A stretch of 64,000 nucleotides of DNA from Ginglymostoma cirratum (lineage: Eukaryota), in NCBI GenBank assembly GCA_024137785.1, contig JAHRHZ010000048.1, forward strand, positions 10,582,661 through 10,646,660. Direction: 5' to 3'. A program made the translations under genes and the position numbers. This document shows positions 1-12,900 of this stretch, piece by piece. Position 1 is the stretch's first letter. Every line of letters starts with the position of its first letter. The notes under the pieces are model-generated. The model did no database searches, had not been told where the DNA came from, and saw nothing but the letters and a program-made list of their open reading frames with translations.

Positions 1-1644
1 TCTTCAAGTTCCACATGTAACGGATCGTACCCTATCATGTTGATTTCTAAAACTCCAGAGCGCAAGAATTCGCTCCCAAACAGCACAGGGGTCCCACAAT
101 AATATTGATCAGAAGTCATGCTGCGTTTAGAATCTGCCCTGTCAGTCTAGAAACGCGGTGATTTTCAAACTTTTTAAGTGAAGGAAACTGGCCTGATATA
201 AAATAATTCACAAAAGGACAAAGTTATTGCCTCCGGCACATCTCCAGCCTGTTGCCTGCACCGGCTCCTACCCAAATAGGAACCGATTAGAATTCAAGCC
301 TGTTAGCAGCTTTCGTAACCTTTCCCATGAAAGATTTGACGTGTTGTTTTTAGATAATATTTCTCTGATGGAAATCCACTTCTTGTTCAGTGGGTAACAT
401 CACGAAATCAGCACCGGAAGACTGCAAGAATTATCATGCGCACTTACACGTCCTCAATTTCCCCTCTGGGTATTCCACACCTCCCAATAGGTACAGGTGT
501 GTTAAATGTCAAGGGCAATTTGGAACTTCACAAAGTATAACATTAACTCTTACTGCTTCTCCGACAGTTCTACTTGTGCATTTTCCCTTCAGTCAAATTG
601 CCAATTACACCTTACAGACAAGTACAAAACCTGAATCGCTTTCAGAAACAATGGTTTCAAAACAATAAAGGGGCTTAAAGGATAATGAATGGCAATTCTG
701 TGAATCGAGGCTGCGAACATCAACTGCACTTTTATATCTTTTTCGCTTTTTTGTTCCTCATTTCATTTCAAGCACGTCTTATTTCTGCTGTTGTGGAGGG
801 GAAAGATTGTCCACTTTCCCGCTTTAATTTGTATTTAAATCGCATCAACCATTGCGACTACTGTTGTTAGAAACTAGAATTGGATCATCCTCGTCTTTAA
901 CCTTACAAACTCTTGACAATACACAAACTCGCTTCAGTCTTGGGTGAATGTCAGTTGACCGCACTGACATTTCAATCAAAGATTTGCAGTTGGTGAATAT
1001 TCATGCGGTGCAGTTAGCGTTGAAACTGCTCCAACTCTTGAAGTTTTACCTCACAGTTAGCATATTGCTGACATTATTCACATAAACCTGTTAGCATTTG
1101 TTGGCTCGTCATAATTTTGTTAATGTAAGTGTTACAACAATTGATCGATGGAAACTTCGGGCTGAGAAGATTGCATCTTGTATTGAAATTTCCTTGGATG
1201 TACGTCATCTCCGCAAGACGTAACTTAAGATTCTGTTTAATTGTTGCACTCAATTTATAGTGCTACACCATCAATTGTTCATCTAAGATTTGCCAATCTA
1301 TCGCGCTGTTGTGTTTAAAAACTATGTAACTATGTGGAATGATGCTTACTCCAAGGCCATTGTCCATCCACCCTGCCCTACTCAGACTTCATGGTCTCCT
1401 ATTCCCGCCAAACTCTGCTGGAAATGACCAGACTCTTCTAGCCAACCAAACAATTAGCGTCGGTATCCGTTTCCCCCCAATGATGAACAAGGTGTAGAGC
1501 CTATGGACACCCCAATACCTGTTTTTATTCTAACGCTAAATGCAAGTTGAGTCAAATCTCATGTCCCGCTATGAAACTGCAAGTGCTAAGAGCCTCCTCG
1601 ACAAGCAACCCCAACCCCCCATCCCCATCCCCAATCACGCATCC

Positions 1645-1767
1645 ATCTACGGGTTCTGACGAAGGGCGAGTGGACCCGAAACGTTAACTCTGATTTCTCT
1701 CCACAGATGCTGCCAGACCTGCTGAGCTTTTCCAGCAATTTCTGTTTTTGTATCGATCTACGGGTTC
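1645..1767 (+). mobile_element. Short Penelope-like element (PLE) 3'/pLTR fragment with 12-bp direct repeats
   Basis: ctgacgaagggcgagtggacccgaaacgttaactctg...gatgctgccagacctgctgagcttttccagc resembles shark PLE ends. Flanked by atctacgggttc at 1645-1656 and 1756-1767. Confidence 0.8.
1651..1690 (+). ncRNA. Minimal type-I hammerhead ribozyme motif
   Basis: GGGUU (helix I) - CUGACGA - A - GGG/CCC (helix II) - GAA - ACGU (palindromic helix III) - U - AACUC (helix I'). Matches the minimal hammerheads described in PLE terminal repeats. Confidence 0.65.
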
Positions 1768-4700
1768 CGTTCAATGGCTAGATTTCAGTTTAAACCTAAA
1801 ACGTTCTAAAGCAGTTTGGAGAAGGCAGATGTGATGCTTTTTACTTCTATACTATAACCCTAAATGACATTTCCTCCTGTTAGCTTGGGTTCAACTGTGT
1901 CAAATAAGCAGAAGGGAAATGATGCAATGAAGCAGAAAAGTTACTATATAAGTTACATTTTTGTTTGCACGTGTCCCATTGAACTATCAGTCTTCAGCGA
2001 TGAGCCATTTATTTCATTTGCTTTACTGAGGGAGAATGCACAGTTGCCCCTCTCTTCTTGTTGTTGGGGTTATGTTAATTATCTTAGTTTTCTGGTCTTT
2101 CTCGTCTGCCCGTGATCACTCTCAGAGGCATTTATTGTGGTTTTGATTGCTTCACTTTTATGTTCAATCTCATAAAGTTATGAAACTTTGCACCACGCTC
2201 CCTACTAGTTATTGATTATCTTCTTTGTCCACGTTATAGGAAATATTAACCAGGGAGAGATTTTCTGTTTACTTCAAAAAGCGAGATGCCTTTTACCTCT
2301 GCTTGCTGATCAGATCAACTTGAACATGATAGAAATGTAGATCATCTTGATTGCTCCTTCGTCTGAGGTTGGAGTTAAGCTGCAACAAGTACAATGTCTA
2401 ATTAGTGCGAGACTAGGCCCTGGAGATAGACTAATGCAACTTTTGTACAGCCAAGGCGTTCTCAAGTCTTAGGAGTAGTTTGTTCAGTCGATACACTGGT
2501 CCAAATGATGAAAATTGCTATAATATCTAAATGTGACGCGGTCATGGCACTCTAAGGTTGGGATTGGATAAACAAGACGATATCCTTATAAGTTGTTAGT
2601 TTCTTTAATGCATAAATGCCGTTTAAGTGCATAATTTATTTTCCACTCCCTGAGAAATTCCAACATCATTACTTTTGGAACAAAACTTTCTTCTAAAGAA
2701 GCATTCGCTTTAAAGGAAAGCGGCATTTCTGGCATTTGGTTCGTAGTTTGTATAAAGTTGAATATCCCTCAAAGTTACCAATGAATGACAATAACTGAAA
2801 CCTTTTGTGAGGGCTCATACGTACGCATTATTACATCTGATTCACCTTAAGATATAATGTCAACCCCATTACAACGTATTAGGGTAATTCAACAACACTG
2901 ATCCGAAATACATCAATAGGTGAAAGTAAAAGAGTGAAAGATTTCAAATAGTATGCCCTTATTTCGATTGGAGGACGCTGGAATGAATATTTAACTATTA
3001 GCATCTACGAGGTGGTACATGCTGATATACACTAACAGAGACTATGCACCCTGTAAAATGTATTGACAAAATAACTTTGCGATATTCATTTGACGGTACT
3101 AGCCATGCCGGAAACTTAGTAGTGTTAATGTACAGTGATAAAATTGCTACCTGCTAGTCTGAGTACAGAGCACTTTCTTTCCGAGGTGAATTTGAGTGAA
3201 CTGATATCACCGAGGTTACACAAGATGAATACGCCCCGTTAGCTTCGGCCTCACAGGTTTGATTGGCTGTGTTTTGTATATAAGAGCGAGTGAGACAGGC
3301 CGATTTGTTGTTTTTCTCTCCAGCAGGCTGTTTATTCTTTGAACGCCAAAGCTGTATATTTTGTGCGTGAAATTTTATCGAAATATCAAGTGTACTTCAT
3401 AAGAATAACTTATTGTATAAATGGTTGAGTGCAGGCTATCCTGCACTGTCGAGCACGTGCAGTGCAAACGCTTTTCTTCCTGAACGTGGAGCCTCTTGCT
3501 GATTAATAGCGAGCAGCTAAAGGCAGCCAGGCGTGAGACTATTAGAAAAAAATTAAACAGCTTGTGGTAGAGGTTCGCCACAGACAACACAACTAGGATA
3601 CTGGGCAATAATTTAATGGTAATGTCAGCTACAAAAAACTGGTCATCAATCAGGACAGAGCTTTATCTCTGGCCCCCTTCTATCTTACTTTCCTCAGACT
3701 CACACTTTCTCTCCTCTGTCAACTCTTGGCCTCCCCTCCATTTTTGCTTATTGCATAAATTGTTTGTCACTCTTGCTTTCTTTTTTTCTTGTTCATTGGG
3801 CTACATTTTTAAACCAATTTTTTTCTTCAGCTTTTTGCATCTGGTGGGTTTACAATAATTCATTCTTTACTTAGCCGTTCTGTACTAATGCTGGTGTCCA
3901 ATGCTCCTTGGTCCTATCTCTTACTCTCGGTCGCTACGTACCTTACATCGCTTTAGTTCAACATACCTTTATTACCCCCACGCCTTTTACCTCATCTTAT
4001 CCTTATTTCTTTTAATCTGTGTTTCATTTTCCATCAATATTGATGTCATTTTTAAACAAAATGTCCATGTGAGCTAAGTGGCTTTTGCCATACATGGGAG
4101 AGTATACATTTAATTACAGTTTTATTGATATACAAAATTACAAACAAAGCAACTAATAAATCTATTGAAAGGGAGTTTCTGGGAAGTCCTCGCTCTTTTA
4201 TCTATTAAATCTGCAACTCGGTTACAATACCATGTTGCCACATGAAATGTTACAAAAAGAGACATTCGATTCCATCCCCCAACATCAACCTCTCCCCCGC
4301 TCCCCTACCCACGCCCCACGCCCCCCACCCCCCACCCCGGCCAACTTATTTGACTTGTGGTCCAGTACTAATTAAGACAGTGAATCTCGTTTCTTGCCTT
4401 TTCCCAAAACGCGTCGTTAGTTTGTTTGGTGAAGAAAACGCCCACGTGTATTTGTGAAGCTGGATTAAATCCTTCATATCTGTAATGCCCCGCACAATAA
4501 GTCATTAAGGTTTCAATAGCGATAGATCTCCATCACAAATAGTGATGTATGAAAGATTAACCGACGCCCCAAAATTCAATGTCTCCGCAATGATACTTTT
4601 ACACGAAATTTGGTAGTTGGAGAATGATAAAACTAATGGCAAATTGCAATGCTTTAATGGGATATTGACGTCCCTTTTATAGACTATTGCTGATTGCCTG

Positions 4701-6929
4701 GCTTCAAACTTTTTTTCCTCAGCGAAATTACTGCCGATGGTTATCATAGAGCCAACTATTTTCGTTAACATTAGCAAATGATAGTATCTGATTTGATAGC
4801 TTCGAGCTGCAGGCATTGTAAGATTTCCAACTGATAATTGTCTTTTCATTACAATGTGCTATTAATTTTGCAAGTTGGCAGAGGACATCCATTTTTAATA
4901 TTCCGGATATAATTATTTGGCTAATTCACTTTTGCATCAAACCTTTCTTGCAGCATCTTCTAGCATGTGACGTCATTGATGCAGCCGGCAGAATGCTGCT
5001 TGAAAACAAAGATGTTGCTTTCAACGTCACTGGCTATGACTTGTTTAGAACTGTACTGGATGTCCTGTGTTCCCCTCTGATAGCAGACCCTTTTCCTCAG
5101 CGTGTGGACCCTTTTCTTTTCAAAAAAGAATGCACGAGTGTGGATGGAAACTGCGGGGCTACTCTCGCAAGCAACTCGTGCTCAGAAAAAAAGAAAATAC
5201 TCATTCGGCATTTATTTCGGACCACCACTTAATTTGATTCCCAATTTTCGCTAACTCCGGCTTTGATGGTCGAGAGGTAACAAGACAGACAGCAAGTTCC
5301 TCTTTTCTCAGCGAGACCCGTCATACCAGCGATCACAGACGTGTCAGAACAGTGCTTTCCAAATTCACTCACCCTACAAGACATCTCTGTGCATCAAAAT
5401 GCAGCCCAGCTACAGACCTCAATTTTTTGATTATGAATCCACTGATCTTGTTTTGAAATGCGAATCAGTAAGCCTATAAGCCTTCAAACGTGTGAAATTT
5501 TGAAAGATCTCAAGAAGCAATCTCCGACTGCCTGACCCCTGACAATCAGTCTCTTCTGCCTGTCTCTCTCTCTCCTCTCTCTGTCTGTCTGTCTCTCCCC
5601 GGCAGTGCTTCCTTCGCTACAAAATCTGTTAGACTTGCGTGTACATTGAACATCCATAGATGGTCGTTCCTGGTCTTAGCAAATCTTCATCGTTGCACAA
5701 ATTTAGGATCTGTCAACTAAATCATTATGTAACTTGAAATTCGTGGGCATTCTATCACGCAATTGAAAGTAAACATTCTAAAATATCGCCTTAGCCATTT
5801 GATTTTACTTCCATCGCGTCTAAGTAAGGTGGGATTAAATCACTTGCTGTCAGGGAAGTTCCGTAGGGCAGGTCAATCAGTTCAGTTGCAGAGTGAGTCT
5901 CTTGTCAATTTTAAACAGTATCACGTGGTCCAAAAACATAATTCTGACATGCTAACTAAACATGACAAATAATATTAAACCCCGTTAAATAAATGTTGTT
6001 CAATAAGTTTTTTTCTCTTAAAAGTTAAATATTTAAATAATGCTACCAATTCAGTCAACTTGTCTTCGTCAATAAAGGCACCTGCTGCAGAGTCCTCTCT
6101 CTGAATTGCAAAATCTGCTATGTAACTACCTGCTACGTTTTCGTTAAAATTCTAATCAATGAAACGCTGAAGCATACTCTACAGAGGCCGTATAAATCTT
6201 TCCTTAAGGGAAAAAAAGGACGTTGAAACAGTAAAATGGAAAATCGATCACGAAGTATTTCAAGTGAGCCCACGTCTGTGCTTATTTGTCGCAGTTTAGA
6301 TAATAATTACAAAACCTTTTAAAATACTGGATTTTTTTTATCCATCTCCCTGTACAAAGCCAATACGCTATAGTTGCTTTTTCCATGTGTCAGCTTGTCG
6401 GGTTGCATTTAACACGTTAGCCTTTGTTTTTTTTTGCCTTGATGATGAAAGAAAGTTCTACCAAGTAATCAGTGATTTGCAGCCATATTTCTGTTGGATG
6501 TCATAGTTCTCCTTTGATTTTTTGATTATCGGTTCCTCAAATTTTGTGCAAATGCAACTAATTCAGTCTCAGCTGTCAGTCCATTTTACAAGGCGCTTGT
6601 CAATGTCCCGTCAGGCCAGAAAGGGACATAGATTTCACTAATCACTCACAGCTATCAATAACTGTCATGAAATCAAAATAAGCAGGGGTTGCTCTCAGAT
6701 GCATATTTGGACAGACTGAGATAGTGCATTCGGTATGAACTTTAAATTAAAGCAGACAGGTTGAGAATCGGTACCTTCACTGTAGCCTGCAACTTTGCAG
6801 GTAGATGTGTTGTAGGGTTCTATGTGAATGCAATCAGTAAGCCCCGCACCACTCCCCACCCACATCCCCCCCGAACCATGAGCCCCACGGCACCCCGCCA
6901 CCATCACTATCCCCTCCCACCCAACCCCA

Positions 6930-6962
<33 letters not shown>

Positions 6963-6968
6963 AACACA
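6930..6968. repeat. (CA)n microsatellite following a C-rich tract
   Basis: acacacacac... run visible directly. Confidence 0.9.
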
Positions 6969-9900
6969 GTTTTGGACCGTAGACTATGCCATTAGATCGA
7001 ATGGCAAGTCTTTATGAAAAGTGTTTTGCATAATTACATACCATAGCCAGAATACTAACCCCGAAATTTTATGGGTCACAAAACTTTAACAATTGCCACA
7101 TTATTGTCCAAGATACGAAGTACGCCACTATCGGCTCGAGGAGAAAGTAGATTTAGCTACATCTATGAATGTGAGGCCGAAATTTTCTCAGAACCCAAAG
7201 AAGAGAGATTATTCCAATCTGACAACTTGTTTACTTATAGCTACCGAGTTCAGCGAACTTCAGGCTTCCCCGATTCAGAACTTCATCGTGATCCGATACA
7301 GAAAACCATCAAAGTAACAGACCGAAAGGCTCCTTTTACAAATCTTATTTTTTTTAGAATCGTTACCTTTGTGTCGCTATAATTAAGATATTCTTATCTG
7401 AGGAGACAGTTTCTCTGGTAACTGAATAATATTGTGTCTTTGATGTAAACTTTTGACAGATATCGCATCAGGTTGAACAATTTACCCCGATTTCGGCTGA
7501 TAGATTGTACGAAAATTATTAAAGCAAGAATTAAACAACGCATTGATTCAGATGTTAGTGGAGACTGGTCCTTGGCATAAATTCGGCTTAGTTTTATGTG
7601 TTTTGATGTAGGGTATTAAATTATATGAATTGCTTAATTTAGGCAATTATTTCGATTCTCACAATCCTATATTCCCAAAAGTTTTCTTTTCTTTCAGGGC
7701 TGGGGAATTCGCGTTATATTAATATTTAATGCATCCTGGATCTTTATAAGTCCTCGCGATCTGTGTGGTGTAGAAATCACGCTATTACGAACCTAACCAT
7801 GTTAAAATTATTATTACTTCACCTTACAAAACATCATAGCGATCCTGTGTTAAAACAACTACTGATTGTTTTTAGTATTGAGGTGGTCGTGCCTCATGTG
7901 TTTTTTTTTCTATATTAATCTTCCATTCCAGGCTTTAAGGTCTTGCGAATGTGATGAATTTTTAGTGGACTCTAATTGGGTTTGTGCATTTTGGCTTAAT
8001 TCACGTGAGCGTGAGATTCCCTATGCAAAACAAAATACTCCCCAAAATTCATTGCCTCTAGAGTCCTCTATTGGGAAATGAGGGTATGTTGGGAAGGGAT
8101 GGGGGAGCCGCGGGAGTAAAGGAAATTGGACTGGAAATAAATGCTGCAATGCATCAGTTGCGGCTATACCTTCCTTGCTGTATATTGCTAAAACAAGAAT
8201 GTTGGACATTTTGATCGAGATGTATTTGATTTTTTTATGCAGGAGAGTGCTGTCAAGCTATTTTCCATTGCCCAAAGCTTATAAGTAAATTATTTACAGG
8301 GGGTTCATTGTACCTGTCCCACTTGAAACTTTTCCTCCCAAGCGAAATACGCTGGAGCTTCCAGCACCTGTAACAGTGCCATCTGTGGAGTATTGTTAAA
8401 AAAGAGAGATTGAACTGTTAGCGATATGAATTGTTGATTAGATTCGAATTTCGCTTAAAAAATCAGCAGGAGGCACTTGTGTCGATCTTGACAGCTTTTC
8501 CGCAATGTTGACATTTAAAAGTGGCTGCTAGATTTTAAACTACTGGAGAAGGGAGAAGACGGAAGAACGCAAACGGTAACTTGTGAAACAAAATACCAAG
8601 AACGTCAAAAAGAAAGTTGTTAAGAGGCTGAAATGTTCAATTCGATGCCGTTTGAGTTATACGTTCATTTGTTTCATGCCTAAATTTGGGAAGCTACGGC
8701 GCAGCTTTCGCTAGTTATTCGTTCTAGATACGCAGAGTTCTTTTATTTCAATTCAAGTTAGGTCACTATTAACTCCAGAAGTTATACAATTTCAGTTAAC
8801 GGAGATCTAGGTTCGCAACCTAAATGATATTAGCTATAGGCAATAAAATACGTTAACTTTCCACATTAGCAGATATGGGATGATTTCAAAGCTTTGATAT
8901 ATTTAAATATATTGCCTGGGCGTCGGTATTGATACAATCAGCAGTGAACTTGTCAAAGGTGGTTCTTCAACAGGTGATTTGTAGAAACTTATGCCCTAAG
9001 TAGCTCTGACGTATGCCAACCGCATGTTTCTGAAACACCTTAAGTCTCGCTTAAACAAACTTTATTTCTCTCCATTATGCCACAGCCGTCGATTCTGTCG
9101 TAATAAACTTTAAAATCTATTTATTAAACATGATTCAAAACGTGTACTATTTGATAATGCCGATTCAATAGCCGAATACAACACTACAATACAGAAAACA
9201 ACGAAATATGTCCTAATGGATTTGGAGGGGTTTTTTTTGCCTGAACGGACACTAACTGATTCATAACATCCCATCTTCCGTGAATACAAATTTATAGAAC
9301 TGCAAATTTACCCACTCATACGCAGCAAAACAAATGCCACTTTTCATGCTGTGTTTAGAAACTTGATGCAGTCAAACAAAGAACACAACGTATAGGCTCG
9401 TAGAGCCCAATTAGCCTGAGTGCAGGAGTTTAGATTAGAGCATTATTGTTAATAGTTAATATCCTACGTATTCCACGTAATATCGTTGTTTGGATACTAT
9501 AGATTTTGGTGTGAACATCTCATCAGTTGATCACGACATGGAGGAAAAGAATAGGAAAAAAAACTATGCCCTGCATGATAACTTTCTTGTTTTAATTATC
9601 AATGTGCATAGTGATTTCCCATACCGTCATCCAATTTACTTTACCTTCAAGGCCATTTTTGAAAGAAATATCAACAGATAAATGAGTTCAGGTAACTTCG
9701 AGAAAAACAAAGCCTTGTACATCTACCATAGTCTGTTAGGCATCTTCAAATGAAATACGATGAAAGTTATTTTTTTAAAAAAGAAGTTGCGAATTTGTTC
9801 TTGCTGACTTTGTCCCTTTATAGCTAGCGGGAAAATGTACGCTTCACGTGCACGCACATTTTTCGATAGGATAATAGGTCTATAATAAATACAAAGATTG

Positions 9901-12900
9901 TGCTCCCTGCTGTAATATTTTAAAACGTTTGATCAGGCCATTCCATAAATAATATTAAAACATGCATTATTTAAAAAAAAAGACTGTTGTGCTTTTAAGT
10001 CTTGGATCGATTCTTAAAATATGACGCCAGCATTGGATTCTGGGATTTGAACTGAGTCTGTAATATGATGATTAAAAATGCTTTTCTGAGCACTTTACCT
10101 TTTCGCACGTTAGTGATGGAAAATTAACTAGACCAAGACATAATTTCACGGAGAAAAAATGCAAACACCCCGTTTGTCCATTTTCTTGAAATCTGCAAAT
10201 AAATTAGCCTGTTTTATAACATGAAATCAGCTTTCAAAAAGGATCAAAATGCAAAGAACAAATTGATTTACTCTGGACGTTATTATATTGATGCAGGGAA
10301 GGTGACAACCTGACGATTACAAAGATTATAAGAAAACAGGAAATTAGAAAAATCACCGAGGACTATGAGGCTCAAAGAAATTGATGCTGGGAACACAGAC
10401 CCATAACAGACCACTAGTGGATTGATTTGCAATTTTTGACAACTGTTCCATCCTTGGTATATACCTGCAATTTATTTTAATAAGAAAAATTGAAAGTTAA
10501 TTCGAATATCAGGATTTTTGTGAACTGTTATGTTTGTGAGTTAACAATATTCAATACATTTGGACAATAAATTTCCCGCAGATTATTGCTTCGAACATTT
10601 TTTCTGCATAACATCTAGTTGAATAGTTGTGATTCTAATTCAGTGCCAAATTGTACAAGTTCATCCATTTTCTTTCAATTTTTTAACGTGTAGAACAGTT
10701 ATTAGTGCTTTTCTTATCGTTTCAACAAAGCGAGAAGCATTTCATTTATCAATTTGAGGATCTTAACATGAAATGTTTAAAAGTTTGGCGGTAGCATGTG
10801 TTAATGTGTTTTTGCCTGGTAGTCGCTTGGTACGGTTAGATTGGCGCTCACTTTTATATCTGCTCTTTTCAATTACGATCTGTCAGTTCCCCAACCGTCG
10901 TGGAGAAAATATAGTTGCATTGATTAGCCTTTTCGTCTTTTGCTGGTTTATTTATCAGGACCCCGAACAAATCCGTGGTACGACTTCACTTATTACATTT
11001 AAGAGATTTTAATGTTGGAATGTCACTTTTAATTTCACAAGACAAACAACATCGTTGACACATAATATTCAACGAAACTAGCACACCGATGAATGATTCA
11101 GCCCATTTTGCACTGATAAACCAAAAGAAATATACAGACACTGTCTTTCTTGCTTTTAATTCATAACAGAGGATATATCTTTTAAATTAAAATAAAAGCT
11201 TGATTTAGTTTATGCATTTACAAAGGATGCGCAGATAATTCAGCAAAGCCATTTTGATAAGGCGCCCTTATTAAATTATTAAAGATAATTTAATTCTGCA
11301 ACCAATAGGATTTAAAATAACACCGGGCGATGCGATTTTTTTTTACAATTAGAGGTACGTTGGCTTTCATTCCCAAGAATTTAATCTTAGGATTTGATAT
11401 CACCTTCTATTCACACTACCTAGACAAAGAACTGTGCTTTTTAGCGCATAATTTTGTATAGGAACCAGCGCCTCCTAGTACCTGACTGAGTAATAACTCG
11501 AACAGTTTATCCTGCAGATCCACAATATCTCACAAAATAAAATAAACTAACACGATCAAACGCGAAGAAAGTGGACAGGCAACAATTGTGCGTATGCTAG
11601 CGTCAGTTTGCTGCAAAATTCCAAATTCCAAATTTTACCGCTAAATGAAACGAACTGGGAAGCTTTGTGCGATGACATGAACTCTGTCTGAAATCAAACG
11701 ATTCTCCACTGAGAAAAAAACTATATTCATAATTAAAGTGTTTCACGTTTGTTGGCGATTGACGAAGTTGCGCCGAAAAAAAAATTAAATAAATACTAGC
11801 TGTGGAAATGTCTGCCTTTTCTCTATCATGTGCTTTTAATTGGGTGGCATGAATGAATATTCCAAGATTTTAGGTTAACTCAGAATTAAATGAATTCAAC
11901 ACACCATACAAACTCAATCTTATTTAGTTGTGGGCATTTAGCTGCTACAGGTTCCAATCACCAAACTTCACCTGCCCGACTTTCCTCATGTTTTCCAGTA
12001 TAACGTAAAAATAACAAGTAAACGTTTCGTGGCTAAAAAGGGTGCCAATGGGGAGTTAAAAACATCAGGTCTTAAAAGATCTTGGGGCGTGGTGAGTTAA
12101 TACATAAGGGTTAATCGCTTTTATTTTACATTTAGATGCTTTCCTATTTGATAACTTTCACGAAACAAAAAATAATTCGCAATGAATCTAATGGAAGAAT
12201 CATTTTGAATGAACGGTTTGTTCTACAGTTTAAGATGTGTTTATTTTTTCCAATACCTTATAGCTGAGTTCATTCTGTTCACTGAAAGGGGCAAATATGC
12301 AAAGTCAATCATTACACGTAAAGGCTCTGTACAGTTATTGAATACAGATTTGTATTCCCGGGGACTGTTTAACAAAGCAAAATCAAAATTATAATCTAAC
12401 TAAATTCGGAGACGCCACAGTTTGTCAGATACTCCGCATTTGAAGTAAAGATAGTTGACAAACAGGATCAAATTAAGGGAACCCCTTTATGCAACACATC
12501 GGATTCGCTGCGCTACAATATTTCTTCCAACATTGTTAAAAAAAAACTTTTACTCTGCAAAACTCTACTGCAGCTGACAGTCAGCAATGTTAATGCTCAA
12601 ATTGTGTGCAGGTCGACACAATTTTGTTTCATAAAGATCCACAAAATCTGTGTGGAATTTTGTCACATTTTACGCACCCCCCCCCAAACAAATTCAATCA
12701 TGTAAAATTCTTTTGTGCTTGATTGTACTACACCATTTTGAAAGTACAGCAGAGAAACCACAGATATTAGCGCCACCCCGCTGTCATTTGTGAGATGTGC
12801 ACACCAAAAGCAGTGAGCAGATCAAACAGTCTCTCAAACATGACACACACATCGTTACCCTTTGCAACTTTTCATTAAATTATTGAACCTTTTATTAGAC

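Noticed and set aside
4968-4975. Perfect CRE palindrome TGACGTCA
   Set aside because: A single 8-mer is expected by chance in a CpG-retaining 43-kb region.
8372-8390. CTCF-like gtgccatctgtgg
   Set aside because: One base short in the core spacing; better read as an E-box (CATCTG).
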